A stretch of 57,828 nt of DNA, taken from the NCBI GenBank assembly GCA_000989305.1, contig LBTB01000008.1, positions 1 through 57,828 on the forward strand, written 5' to 3'. This stretch comes from Candidatus Shapirobacteria bacterium GW2011_GWF2_37_20 (lineage in GTDB: Bacteria > Patescibacteriota > Microgenomatia > UBA12405). Of this stretch, positions 18,684 to 28,637 are shown piece by piece (positions within the stretch are counted from its first letter, which is position 1; each line of letters opens with the position of its first letter). The position numbers were made by a program, and so were the translations under genes. The notes beneath the pieces are model-generated. The model worked only from the letters and a program-made list of their open reading frames with translations. It ran no database searches and was not told where the DNA came from.

Positions 18684-18886
18684 ATACATTTTGGCTGATA
18701 TTCGCCTTTTTGATTTAATTCCAGAATTCCGTTCCAGGTAAAAAATTTCTCACTCAAAGGCCTGATTCTTAAAGATTGACACAACAATTGTTTTTTTAAT
18801 TCGCTTTGGCTGTTTATCACTAAGAATGCTACCAGCATGGTCAAGAAGACAATTGCTCCTGACCACCAATAAAAGTTTTTATCCAT
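18680..18886 (-). CDS. small membrane protein (68 aa)
   Basis: ORF with one TM helix, tightly packed downstream of the methyltransferase gene. No family recognised. Confidence 0.3.
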   Translation of the reverse strand: MDKNFYWWSGAIVFLTMLVAFLVINSQSELKKQLLCQSLRIRPLSEKFFTWNGILELNQKGEYQPKCI

Positions 18887-19640
18887 TTTTTATTGCTTTA
18901 ATTGCTAAAAATAACGGGAATTCAGCCCGCGCTTTATCTTCTATTTTAGCTCTTCCGCCTTCAGATTTTTTATCTGAAATCCATTCTTCCATTTTTTCAA
19001 TCAAAAATCCATTATTAAAAAGCATCTCAGTAAAGGCAGACAGGGGATAGTGGTAACTATATGAAACTTGGTTATCTTTTTTGTCAAAAGGACTCGATTC
19101 TATCGGTATTTCCAGCGGCGACATATAAGAATCCATCGTTCTCACGTCTTTGTCCTCTTTCATTTCCCAGCCACTATGTTTGGGAATTCTAAAGGCCGGA
19201 TGATTAATTACCAATACCAGCTTCCCGCCACTTTTTAATAACTTACTAAAATTTTTTATAGCTCCAAATGGTTTTTTAACATTTTGTAGAGCTAAAATCA
19301 TTACTCCCTTATCAAAACTTCCGTATATTTTTAATTCCTTGCACACATCATCAATCACATAGCTGTGTTTTGGATTTTTGTCCAAGAATTTTGCTTCTTT
19401 GATTAAATCAACTGACAAATCCACTCCCAAATATTCATTTTCTATTTTTCTTCCCAAGACCCCTTGTCCACAGCCAAAATCAATTACTTTCTCCCTGGGC
19501 TTTAAATCCAATAGCCTCAAGGTATTAGGTAAAATTACATGCTGGTGATAATAACTACCCTCAACCCCGACACTTTTTTTATACCAGACCCCGACATTTC
19601 CCTTCCATGCTGTTTTTTTAGGATCGTTGTTCCACATCAT
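18879..19640 (-). CDS. class I SAM-dependent methyltransferase
   Basis: Motif I VIDFGCGQGVLG and motif post-II GGKLVLVI. Confidence 0.8.
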   Translation of the reverse strand: MMWNNDPKKTAWKGNVGVWYKKSVGVEGSYYHQHVILPNTLRLLDLKPREKVIDFGCGQGVLGRKIENEYLGVDLSVDLIKEAKFLDKNPKHSYVIDDVCKELKIYGSFDKGVMILALQNVKKPFGAIKNFSKLLKSGGKLVLVINHPAFRIPKHSGWEMKEDKDVRTMDSYMSPLEIPIESSPFDKKDNQVSYSYHYPLSAFTEMLFNNGFLIEKMEEWISDKKSEGGRAKIEDKARAEFPLFLAIKAIKNG

Positions 19641-20175
19641 CCCAGTTTACCACTTGCCACCATTGTTTTACATATTCTGCCCGATTATTGAGGTAATCTA
19701 AGTAATACGCATGTTCCCAGACATCCAATACTAATATTGGTGTCATTCCGTTTAGTCCCAATAAATTATGTTTTTCCAGTTGTCCGACTGTTAAATTATT
19801 TTCAGTGTCTTTCCATAAAACCGCCCAACCAGATCCTTCAACACTGGTTGCTGCCAGTGAAAATTCTTTCTGAAAATTTTCAAAACTGCCAAAATTTAAA
19901 TTAATTGCTTCTAAGATTTTACCCGAAGGTAGATTATTTTCTCTAACCTCTCTCATATTGGCGAAAAATATTTCATGAATCTTGGCCCCATTATAGTTAA
20001 AACTAAAATCTCTCATTACTTCCCGATTTTTTTCAGGTTTTTCCAAAGCCGCATTAGCTCCATTTACATAAGCCACATAATGTTTGTCATGATGTAACTC
20101 CATAATCTTTCTGGAGATTACTGGCTCTAAGGCTTCAAGAGAATAAGATAGGGGAACGATATTTAATGCTTTCAT
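19618..20175 (-). CDS. sod: Fe/Mn superoxide dismutase
   Basis: HHDKHY near the N-terminus and DVWEHAYYLDY near the C-terminus. Start taken at MKALNIVPL (20175). Confidence 0.9.
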   Translation of the reverse strand: MKALNIVPLSYSLEALEPVISRKIMELHHDKHYVAYVNGANAALEKPEKNREVMRDFSFNYNGAKIHEIFFANMREVRENNLPSGKILEAINLNFGSFENFQKEFSLAATSVEGSGWAVLWKDTENNLTVGQLEKHNLLGLNGMTPILVLDVWEHAYYLDYLNNRAEYVKQWWQVVNWDDVEQRS

Positions 20176-20227
20176 ACTACTACCATTGTAGTACGAGTTT
20201 TCACTCTTTGTCAAATGGTAATTTTTC

Positions 20228-20674
20228 TTAATTCTCTTTCTTCTTCGGCCAAATCTGGATTAAGATAATTACCACCAAAAGTCCCAGTGTTATATTCATA
20301 AACCACAACTTCAAATCAATTTTTCCCTCAGCCTTTTCCTCACTCTTTGTTGCCACCACGCTTGGTTCAACGCTTAATTCTTCAGTTGCTGTTGGACTTA
20401 CTTCAGTTTCTGTTGGGGTTATCATTTGGGTTACTACTTGGGTTACCACCACGGGTATCGGTGTCGGTGTTGGCGTTGCTGTGGTCATTATTTTAATCAG
20501 GTTTGGATCGACCTTCATTTTGATTAAAGTTGGAATAGGTGTTGGTGTCAAGGTAACAGCTGGAGCTATCGTTGGGAAATTAATATTAGGAAGCGTTAAT
20601 GCTGAGGTTCTTTTTGAAAAAACATTGAAAATTAAAACAAATAGGACGATAGCTCTAATTGTGTTTTTCATCAC
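20228..20674 (-). CDS. secreted Thr/Pro-rich protein with C-terminal TM anchor
   Basis: Signal peptide, TPTPIP low-complexity repeats, C-terminal hydrophobic helix followed by KKKEN. No LPXTG seen. Confidence 0.5.
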   Translation of the reverse strand: MMKNTIRAIVLFVLIFNVFSKRTSALTLPNINFPTIAPAVTLTPTPIPTLIKMKVDPNLIKIMTTATPTPTPIPVVVTQVVTQMITPTETEVSPTATEELSVEPSVVATKSEEKAEGKIDLKLWFMNITLGLLVVIILIQIWPKKKEN

Positions 20675-20720
20675 CTATATTATATCTCTTTTGTCAAATT
20701 GGCGTCAAAAAGGGGTATAA

Positions 20721-21482
20721 TTGCCTGTGATTTTAATTAAAACTCCTTCTCAAATTGATGGTATTCGTGCTTCTTCCCGTCTTGCCACCGCCACCCTCAA
20801 ATACACAGCTTCTTTTATCAAGCCCGGAATTTCAACTGAATTGTTAAATCAAAAAGCTCACGACTATATTATTTCCCATAAAGCTCAACCAGCACCCCTA
20901 AATTACAACGGCTTTCCCAAAAGTATTTGTACTTCTATCAATAATGTTGTCTGCCATGGTATCCCCTCACCAAAAGAAATTTTAAAAGAAGGAGATATTG
21001 TTAATATCGATATCACTACCATTTTAAACGGTTATTTTGGCGATACTTCGGCTACTTATCCCGTTGGTAAGATCAATCAGGAAGCACAACTTTTAATTGA
21101 AAGAACAAAAGTCTCGCTGGACTTAGCCATAAAATCGGTCAAAGCCGGTAAATATTTAAACGAATGTGTCGGAAAAACTATCGAAGATTACGTCACTCGC
21201 TTTGGCTATTCTGTTGTCAAAGATCTCGGTGGCCATGGTGTTGGCATAAACTTTCACGAAGACCCTTTTGTCTTTCATTTTAATACCCTCAGAAACCATA
21301 TTCTTCTCAAGCCTGGTATGATTTTCACCATTGAGCCCATGATAAACGCCTCTAAAAATTGGCAAGTCTATATGGATGTTGACGACGCTTGGACTATCCG
21401 CACTAAAGACTCTTCTCTCTCCGCTCAATTTGAGCATACCGTTTTAGTCACTCAAAATGGTTGTGAGGTATTAACCAAATAA
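20721..21482 (+). CDS. map: type I methionine aminopeptidase
   Basis: VCHGIP, DITT...GYFGD, GHGVG and FTIEP motifs. TTG start in the track. Confidence 0.9.
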   Translation: MPVILIKTPSQIDGIRASSRLATATLKYTASFIKPGISTELLNQKAHDYIISHKAQPAPLNYNGFPKSICTSINNVVCHGIPSPKEILKEGDIVNIDITTILNGYFGDTSATYPVGKINQEAQLLIERTKVSLDLAIKSVKAGKYLNECVGKTIEDYVTRFGYSVVKDLGGHGVGINFHEDPFVFHFNTLRNHILLKPGMIFTIEPMINASKNWQVYMDVDDAWTIRTKDSSLSAQFEHTVLVTQNGCEVLTK

Positions 21483-21486
21483 AAAT

Positions 21487-22257
21487 ATGATTCTACTTGA
21501 TGGCAAAACTTTAGCCACCCAAATCACTTCTGAGCTCAAGCAAAAAATAATCCAATCGGGGTTAAAAATTAATCTAGACATTGTCTTGGTCGGCGACGAC
21601 CCTTCTTCTCTAAAATATATTGATCTTAAGCAAAAAAAAGCCGCTGAAGTTGGCATTGGTGGTCAACTCTACCACCTTCCTGTAGTCGCCGTTTCTGACT
21701 TACCCAAACTTGTTGCCGCTCTCAACGAGAACCACGAGACTTCCTCCTTTTTTATCCAATTACCAATTCCCGGTCTTGATGATCCCTCCCTTATTCTCCG
21801 CCAGATTCTTCCTCAAAAAGACGCTGACGGTCTCAACCCCAATTCCGGTGTTTACCCGGCTGTTGTTAAGGGCATTGTTAGACTTTTAGAGAATTATCAA
21901 ATAAATTTTGACCAAAAAAACATCGTTATCATTAATGATTCTGATCTAATTGGACAACCGTTAAAAAAATATTTTAGTCAGTATACTTCCAACATTACCC
22001 TCCTCAACCGCCAAAGCCTTGACCTTACTCCCCATACTCTACAGGCGGATATTCTTATTTCAGCCACTGGTGTCAAAAATCTGCTTACTGCCGACATGGT
22101 CAAAAGCGGTGTTGTTGCCATTGACGTCGGAGGAGGGGATATCGACTTTGAAAATGTTTCAATAAAATCATCCTACATTACCCCCACCTTTGGTGGTGTC
22201 GGTCCCATGACCGTCGCTTCACTTCTTGAAAATACGTATCTTCTCACTACCAGATAA
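21487..22257 (+). CDS. folD: bifunctional methylenetetrahydrofolate dehydrogenase/cyclohydrolase (short form)
   Basis: ILLDGK..A, VGDDPSS..Y...K, PxxKDADG and C-terminal GGVGPMTVA motifs. Confidence 0.85.
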   Translation: MILLDGKTLATQITSELKQKIIQSGLKINLDIVLVGDDPSSLKYIDLKQKKAAEVGIGGQLYHLPVVAVSDLPKLVAALNENHETSSFFIQLPIPGLDDPSLILRQILPQKDADGLNPNSGVYPAVVKGIVRLLENYQINFDQKNIVIINDSDLIGQPLKKYFSQYTSNITLLNRQSLDLTPHTLQADILISATGVKNLLTADMVKSGVVAIDVGGGDIDFENVSIKSSYITPTFGGVGPMTVASLLENTYLLTTR

Positions 22258-22258
22258 T

Positions 22259-22984
22259 TTATTTGTGAAACCCTTCACTTGGGTTCATATTCTTTTTTAT
22301 TACCCAAATCTTACCGGTGTCTTTTGAATTAATTATTTTTACAAATTGTTTTGCAATCTCATTTGGGCTAATCGAGTCGTCAATATACTGAGGAAAAAAT
22401 TTTCTATAACTTTCGGTTGCAGTATCTGACGGTGAAATACAATTAACTTTTATCTTTTTTTCTTTCAATTCGTCGGCCAATCCAATAGTGAAATCTTCAA
22501 TAGCTCTTTTTGAAACATAATAGGGTAGCCAACCCTTTCCTCCATTTTCAAATGTTCCGGATAAATTTATAACGTTACCATCAGACATCAATGGTAAAAG
22601 TTTATTAACTAAAAACATCGGTGCAATAATTCCCACGCTCATTGTCTCAGTCAATATCTTTTCTTCAAATTTATCAAAATCAATTCCGGCGAATACCTTA
22701 TCTTTACCATGCCATACACCGGCAATATTGGCAATTAAATCAATCCGTCTCCTGTCATTTTTTATTTCTTCGACTAATTCAGTTATATCTTTAATGTCAG
22801 ACAAATCACATTCGTATATTTTTGCTGTTCCACCAGTTTTTTCAATTTCTTCTTTTGTCTCGATTAATCCATCTAAATTTCTTCCTACAAGACCAATTTC
22901 AAAATCGTTTTTTGCTAATTCTAAACTTACTTCACGGCCGATTCCGGTAGAAGCACCAGTGACAATTGCATATTTCATTACCAA
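22259..22984 (-). CDS. SDR-family oxidoreductase
   Basis: TGASTGIG cofactor motif and YxxxK (YYVSKRA). Confidence 0.85.
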   Translation of the reverse strand: MVMKYAIVTGASTGIGREVSLELAKNDFEIGLVGRNLDGLIETKEEIEKTGGTAKIYECDLSDIKDITELVEEIKNDRRRIDLIANIAGVWHGKDKVFAGIDFDKFEEKILTETMSVGIIAPMFLVNKLLPLMSDGNVINLSGTFENGGKGWLPYYVSKRAIEDFTIGLADELKEKKIKVNCISPSDTATESYRKFFPQYIDDSISPNEIAKQFVKIINSKDTGKIWVIKKNMNPSEGFHK

Positions 22985-22991
22985 TTATATT

Positions 22992-23597
22992 CTAATTACT
23001 AATTATTCTCCTAATTTTTTTCACCCCTTCTTCTGCTTTATTCGGATCAAATAAAACTGTTTTCCAATTCATTTCTGTTGGTTCGACTAAGTTTTTTTCC
23101 TTATCATCAATAAATAATACCTCTTCTGGATTAACTCCAGATTCTCTCTGGGCGATTTCATATATTTTTCTATCGGGTTTTTTGGTATTTACTTTGTATG
23201 ACAAAATAACTGATTTATAATTCACCTTTGGTACCCAATTATCTTTTAAGGCCGCTTCCCAAATCCCGGAATTAATATTTGATATAACCCCGATATTTAT
23301 TTTTCCATCCAGCTCATAAAGGAGATTATTTATTGGTTTAATTATTTCATAATCCGAAACCCAAGCTCCCTCAAAATCATATCGCCTAGCTTTTTGTAAA
23401 TCCAAACTAAAATTCTCAATACATTTTTCCCAAAACAAATCAGTTTTTATTTCTCCAACGGTCAGTGATTTTTCAAAACCATTGTAATATTCTATAAATT
23501 CATTTAAATTTATTTTGAAATCATGGCAAACTTTATTAAAAACATTATCGTACGTTACCAATACATTTCCAAAGTCAAAAAAGACTGTTTTTATCAT
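22992..23597 (-). CDS. HAD-superfamily hydrolase
   Basis: Motif I FFDFGNVL, motif II ISN, motif IV FIDDKEKN. Confidence 0.75.
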   Translation of the reverse strand: MIKTVFFDFGNVLVTYDNVFNKVCHDFKINLNEFIEYYNGFEKSLTVGEIKTDLFWEKCIENFSLDLQKARRYDFEGAWVSDYEIIKPINNLLYELDGKINIGVISNINSGIWEAALKDNWVPKVNYKSVILSYKVNTKKPDRKIYEIAQRESGVNPEEVLFIDDKEKNLVEPTEMNWKTVLFDPNKAEEGVKKIRRIISN

Positions 23598-25300
23598 TGT
23601 CCTGTCCCTCTTCTGTACACTGCCGCCCAGGGGACATAACTACTCGTATAAGTTTTTTGATGAATTACTTCCCCGTTTCTGGTTACCGTCCAATCAAATG
23701 CTGTCTTTAAGCCCGGAACCCTGCTTTCATCTTTAATTACTTTTCCTACCGGTAGTGTCGGGTCATCAATCCACACATCCGGTGGCGCCGCGACTGCTCC
23801 CCATTGCTTGTAATTGCTAATTTCTGTTTTCCGGCCATCGGATGTTCCGTAAATTTCATAAGCTAATTTTTTGTTCACCCCATCATAGTAACTTTGAATT
23901 AAAACATAGTGACCGGTATCATTTACAAATCTTAAGTCCGGATTTGGGATAAATACTGTGGCATCAAATCCCGGTTTTGTATCCTCTTCATAATAGCTAA
24001 CCCGGTAAGCATGTGCCTGTCTTTGGGTAATATCTAAACCAGCATCAAGCATGGCTCGAAATAAAGTCGTTGATACCTGACAAATTCCGCCCCCCACATC
24101 CAATTCAGTTTTACCCTGCCTGATCACGTAAGCCATTTTATAGCCATTATTTAAACTTACTTCACCTAAGTTTTTTATGAACGAAAAAGTGTCTCCCGGT
24201 GCCACCAAAACCCGATTAATTATTGAAGACCCTTTTTCAACATTAAAATTTCTAATTTCACTGCTATGTTTAAAACTTGAAGTACCCCGTCCCAGCAATT
24301 CTTTTATTCCCAGGTCATTCACCTCAGCATTTTTGATTTTGGCCTCTGATTTGACCAGTGGTAATTCGGCTGTGATTATCTTTTCTGTAGATATTTCCCA
24401 ACCGGGAAAATCACGCCTGATACTATTCTCAAATTTTTCCCCGTCCAAATAATAGCCTTGTTTATCTGGTTGAAATTCCAATACTTTTCCGTTTTCAAAT
24501 TTAAAAACTGCGTCCTGAGGCTCCTTCTTTAAACTTTGCTGTAAATTTTCTACATATTCATTAATATTGCTTTGTTGGGAACCACCATCAAAATCCACCC
24601 AACTTATCAATGTTTTATCATTTATACTCACCTCTATTTCCCCGTCTTTAAAAATAACCGTTTTTCCGATTAATTTTTTTGCTCTTTCCATCGCCGCTTC
24701 CTTCTCTTCTTCGCCTGGTAATTTTCCAATACTTTCCAGTAATATGTTTGAACTTTGCTCTAATTCGTATCTTTCTAATTTACCCAATACACTTTCTTTA
24801 AATTTTTCTCTGTTTGTTTGTACCCCCAATTGTCCATCGACAATGCTTATTTTTCCGTTTAATGTAATTTCCGAAGGAATAAAAGGTTTGTCAATTTGAG
24901 AAGCAATTTCTTCAATTATTTGATTTGTTTTTTCTTCATTACTCCTTATTGATAGACCAAAATCTTTATTTTCAAAAAAGGCTTTAACATATTTTCCTGC
25001 TCCCTGTTTTAAACGACGGAATAATAAATTTGAAGCGGTTTGTTCAGTATCTATTTCCGCCGATATTGAGGCCAAGTCAATCACAAACACCCTCTCGCCT
25101 TCGGTAAACTTTAAGTTTCCTTTCATTGGAAATTCTTCTATCAACTTTTTTTCAATTTCTTTTTTCCCCAAAAGCGAATAGTCTCTACCCAAAACAGTTG
25201 TTCCTTTACCGGTTTTTCCAAAACCAAATGCCAAAGGCGCTATTACTCCCGTACCCAACAAGAACAGGATGCTAATTATAATTAATATTTTATTTTTCAT
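23594..25300 (-). CDS. VanW-domain protein, membrane anchored
   Basis: N-terminal TM helix. The C-terminal third contains GGGICQVSTTLFRA, typical of VanW domains. Confidence 0.85.
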   Translation of the reverse strand: MKNKILIIISILFLLGTGVIAPLAFGFGKTGKGTTVLGRDYSLLGKKEIEKKLIEEFPMKGNLKFTEGERVFVIDLASISAEIDTEQTASNLLFRRLKQGAGKYVKAFFENKDFGLSIRSNEEKTNQIIEEIASQIDKPFIPSEITLNGKISIVDGQLGVQTNREKFKESVLGKLERYELEQSSNILLESIGKLPGEEEKEAAMERAKKLIGKTVIFKDGEIEVSINDKTLISWVDFDGGSQQSNINEYVENLQQSLKKEPQDAVFKFENGKVLEFQPDKQGYYLDGEKFENSIRRDFPGWEISTEKIITAELPLVKSEAKIKNAEVNDLGIKELLGRGTSSFKHSSEIRNFNVEKGSSIINRVLVAPGDTFSFIKNLGEVSLNNGYKMAYVIRQGKTELDVGGGICQVSTTLFRAMLDAGLDITQRQAHAYRVSYYEEDTKPGFDATVFIPNPDLRFVNDTGHYVLIQSYYDGVNKKLAYEIYGTSDGRKTEISNYKQWGAVAAPPDVWIDDPTLPVGKVIKDESRVPGLKTAFDWTVTRNGEVIHQKTYTSSYVPWAAVYRRGTGQ

Positions 25301-25698
25301 TTCTTTCTGTCCATTGCTAAATTAGCTAGTTCATCGGCTTTAAAGTTATATTCTCTTCTTATTTCTTTATATTCAATCTTTTTCCCCGAACTTAAATCCT
25401 GTGCTACCAGCCAAAGATTTTTTAAGTTTGATGCTTTAACTTTGTAGATCTTTTTCATCTGTCTGACCAGTAATTGAGAATCAGAATTAATTTCTACCTC
25501 CGCTTCCGGAGCCTTTTCTTCAATCCAGGTCAAAGCTCCGATTAAACCCATATATTCCGCTTCATTGTTTGTTTTTATTCCCAAAAACTTGCTCTCTTCA
25601 TAGACACTTTCTTTGTTTTCATTTTCAATATAGACTCCGTAACCTGCAATTCCCGGGTTACCTCTGGCTCCACCATCCGTAAAAACTTTCAACTTCAT
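25297..25698 (-). CDS. rnhA: ribonuclease HI family protein
   Basis: FTDGGARGNPG, NNEAEY, SDSQL and ADELAN give the DEDD catalytic pattern. No reverse-transcriptase domain is attached. Confidence 0.85.
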   Translation of the reverse strand: MKLKVFTDGGARGNPGIAGYGVYIENENKESVYEESKFLGIKTNNEAEYMGLIGALTWIEEKAPEAEVEINSDSQLLVRQMKKIYKVKASNLKNLWLVAQDLSSGKKIEYKEIRREYNFKADELANLAMDRKK

Positions 25699-25705
25699 GT
25701 CACTA

Positions 25706-26446
25706 TCATACCAAAAAATACATTATCCCTATACCAAATGACACTGTTATCAATTGCCACAAACTTTCTTTAATTTTACTTTGATGGCGGTGAAGCTCGG
25801 GAATTAAGTCGGAAGCCGCCAAATATATAAATCCACCAGCTGTGATGGCAATCAATTCCTGGTGTAAGTTGATACCTTTTCCCATTAGCCACACTATCAA
25901 TACTCCTATTAAACTAAAAAACGCCGAAGATAAATTTACCAGGGCCGCTTTTTTTAAAGTGTACCCACTGTGAACTAAAATTGCCAAATCTCCGATTTCC
26001 TGGGGTATTTCATGTAGTAACACTGCCAAGGAAGTACTAATTCCCAGTGGGGTACTAATCATAAAACTACTTCCAATAATCAAACCGTCTATTAAATTGT
26101 GAATTGAGTCGGCCGCCAAACTCATTCCTGCTAAGCTATGGCCTTGATGACAGTCGGTTTCATGGCAATGTCTCCACTTTAAAAATTTTTCCAAAACAAA
26201 AAAAATCATAATTCCCCAAATTATTCCCAAACCCGTTTCTTTTGCTCCCCTTATTTCTAAAGCCTCAGGAATTAAATGTAAAAAAGCATCACCCAGAAGT
26301 GCCCCGGTTGCTAATCCCACCAAAGTTAACACCTCTTCCTTTAATAGCTTCTTTCTGGCTTTGAAGAAAAATATTCCCACTAAAGACACCAGGCTCATTA
26401 ACAGGGAAGCACCAATTGCCATCAGTATTGGATTCATGGATTCCAT
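25706..26446 (-). CDS. ZIP-family divalent metal transporter
   Basis: HNLIDGLIIG and HEIPQEIGD motifs. Start taken at MESMNPIL (26446); the track extension is Arg/Gly junk antisense to the next gene. Confidence 0.85.
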   Translation of the reverse strand: MESMNPILMAIGASLLMSLVSLVGIFFFKARKKLLKEEVLTLVGLATGALLGDAFLHLIPEALEIRGAKETGLGIIWGIMIFFVLEKFLKWRHCHETDCHQGHSLAGMSLAADSIHNLIDGLIIGSSFMISTPLGISTSLAVLLHEIPQEIGDLAILVHSGYTLKKAALVNLSSAFFSLIGVLIVWLMGKGINLHQELIAITAGGFIYLAASDLIPELHRHQSKIKESLWQLITVSFGIGIMYFLV

Positions 26447-26486
26447 TTTACTCCCATTTTTCTCTCCAAGCTGGTTATAATAGTAT

Positions 26487-27974
26487 GTGGAAATAAACGA
26501 TTTTAAATCACCCCTGCCGCCTCGTCGTGTCGACGTTCTTGACAGAGAAGCTCCTCTTACTCCTCCAACTGAAACCATTTCCGGTCCCAAGCCTGTTGTT
26601 TCCTCCGAGAAAATCCCTAAAAAATTTCCCCCATATTACCTCTATGGTGCCATTGTCCTTATTGTCATTTCCCTTGCCCTGCTGGTTGTTAAGGTTCTAA
26701 TTCCAACTCTAAAAAATAATAATTCTGCTCCAGTTACTCTGACCTATTGGGGTCTTTGGGAAGATTCCAGTGTTCTTCAGGGAATAATTTCTGAATTTGA
26801 AGCCAAAAACCCAAAAATAAAAATTTCCTACAAAAAAAACGACAAAACTGATTATCGCAGTCGTCTCGCTGGTCGTTTAGCTAAAGATCCGGAAACTGAA
26901 GAAGTCCCGGACATCTTTAGAATTCACAGCTCCTGGTTACCCATGTTCACTGACAATGTTGTCCCACTACCTGCCGCTACCGTTACCGCTCTAAATCTTG
27001 AACAGGATTTTTATAATGTATATAAAAATGATCTAAAAATAGGCAACTCATATTATGCTGTTCCCTTGATGTACGATGGCTTAGCTCTTTTTTATAATAA
27101 AGATTTAATTCAAAAAGGTGGAGTTGATTTACCTAAATCTTGGTGGGATTTGCAAACGACTGCCGCCAAGTTAACGGTTAAAGATGAAGCCGGCAATATT
27201 CAGATTGCAGGCGTTGCTATGGGTTTAACTGACAACGTTGACCATTGGAGTGATATTGTTGGTCTCTTACTAAAGCAAAATGGCGCCGACCTTCTCAAGG
27301 ACAACCCAGATAATGACGCCAAGATAATTGATGTCCTTTCTTACTATGTAAATTTTCGAAGTAAATACCAGACCTGGGACGAAACCCTTCCTCCTTCCAC
27401 CCAGCTCTTCGCTCAGGGTAAATTAGCTTTTTACCTTGCCCCTTCATGGAGAGTCTTTAATATCCAGGATCTAAACCCCAATCTTTCATTTGAAATTACC
27501 ACCGTACCTCAATTACCAACCCTTCAGGATATCTCCGATTCTTCCGCAAACTCTACCGCCAATCTTACCAATATTCATTGGGCTACTTATTGGGCTGAAG
27601 CCGTCAACTCTCAAAGTAAACATCAAAAAGAAGCCTGGAAATTCTTGGAATTCTTGGCTTCCAAAGATTCCTTGGAAAAAATGTATACTGCCGCCTCTCA
27701 AATCCGAAGTTTTGGAGAAATTTATCCCCGGATTTCTTTGAACAGCAAAATTATTAGTAACCCCAAAATTAAACCCTTTTTAGATTCGGCCAACAATTCT
27801 CAAAGTGGTTATCTGGCTTCAAATACTTATGACGCTGGTCTTAATACAGAACTTAGCAAATACTTTGGTGACGCGATTAACGGTTTAGTTGTCAACAACA
27901 GCGACTCCATTTCAATTATGACCGCTCTGAAAAATGGTCTAAATCAAGTGGTTCAAAAATATCACCTCGAATGA
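26487..27974 (+). CDS. extracellular solute-binding protein (ABC sugar-type SBP), TM anchored
   Basis: N-terminal TM helix, then an SBP family 1-like sequence (LTYWGLWED, YAVPLMYDGLALFYNKD). GTG start in the track; the exact start is uncertain. Confidence 0.75.
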   Translation: MEINDFKSPLPPRRVDVLDREAPLTPPTETISGPKPVVSSEKIPKKFPPYYLYGAIVLIVISLALLVVKVLIPTLKNNNSAPVTLTYWGLWEDSSVLQGIISEFEAKNPKIKISYKKNDKTDYRSRLAGRLAKDPETEEVPDIFRIHSSWLPMFTDNVVPLPAATVTALNLEQDFYNVYKNDLKIGNSYYAVPLMYDGLALFYNKDLIQKGGVDLPKSWWDLQTTAAKLTVKDEAGNIQIAGVAMGLTDNVDHWSDIVGLLLKQNGADLLKDNPDNDAKIIDVLSYYVNFRSKYQTWDETLPPSTQLFAQGKLAFYLAPSWRVFNIQDLNPNLSFEITTVPQLPTLQDISDSSANSTANLTNIHWATYWAEAVNSQSKHQKEAWKFLEFLASKDSLEKMYTAASQIRSFGEIYPRISLNSKIISNPKIKPFLDSANNSQSGYLASNTYDAGLNTELSKYFGDAINGLVVNNSDSISIMTALKNGLNQVVQKYHLE

Positions 27975-28630
27975 TCCTTATAAACTATAAAATATATTCA
28001 GCCACCTTTGGTGATAAAGCTATAGAATTAGCCAAAATTATCAAAGAAATTAGTGATAAATCTAAAATTAGAATCGTCATTACTGCTTCGGCTCTCGACG
28101 CTTTTAGAATTCAGCGTGAGAGTGGCGCCGAGGTTTGGCTCCAAAATATTGATGAATTTAATGAGGGAAAGCACACCGGTTGGATTTCGGCCCAGCAGGC
28201 CTTTGAGCTGGGAATCAAAGGAGCCTTGATCAACCATTCGGAACATAAGATCTCCAAGGGAAAAATCGCCAAAATTATTAAGCACAAACCAAAAAATTTT
28301 GAAATAATGTGTTGCGTTTCCTCAGTTAACCAAATCAAAAAGTGGACCAATAAATTGAAACCGGATTGGATCTTGTATGAACCACCAGAATTAATTGCCA
28401 GTAAAGACAAATCAGTTGCTACAGAAAATCCGGAGATGATTAAAGCCGCTGTCACAGCATTAAGTAAATCAAAATTATTAGTTGGCGCTGGTGTAAAAAG
28501 TCGGGAAGATGTCAAAACCAGCTTAAAAATGGGTGCCCAAGGCGTTGGTCTTTCCAGTGCCTTTGTCTTAAGCGATAATCCTCGGGAGCTTTTGCGGGAG
28601 ATAGCTTCGGGCTTTGATGTTATAATCTAA
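27971..28630 (+). CDS. tpiA: triosephosphate isomerase, short archaeal type
   Basis: 219 aa with INYKIY, HTG, LINHSEH, YEPPELI, GAGV and GVGLSSA. This is colinear with the roughly 220-aa archaeal TIMs (INFKTY, LLNHSE, VEPPELIG, GAGI) rather than the roughly 250-aa bacterial form. Confidence 0.85.
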   Translation: MILINYKIYSATFGDKAIELAKIIKEISDKSKIRIVITASALDAFRIQRESGAEVWLQNIDEFNEGKHTGWISAQQAFELGIKGALINHSEHKISKGKIAKIIKHKPKNFEIMCCVSSVNQIKKWTNKLKPDWILYEPPELIASKDKSVATENPEMIKAAVTALSKSKLLVGAGVKSREDVKTSLKMGAQGVGLSSAFVLSDNPRELLREIASGFDVII

Positions 28631-28637
28631 ACATACT

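Noticed and set aside
25297-25698. RNase H gene as part of a retroelement, retron or DGR
   Set aside because: It is a stand-alone 133-aa RNase HI with the DEDD residues. There is no reverse-transcriptase domain, no template/variable repeat pair and no ncRNA-like structure nearby.
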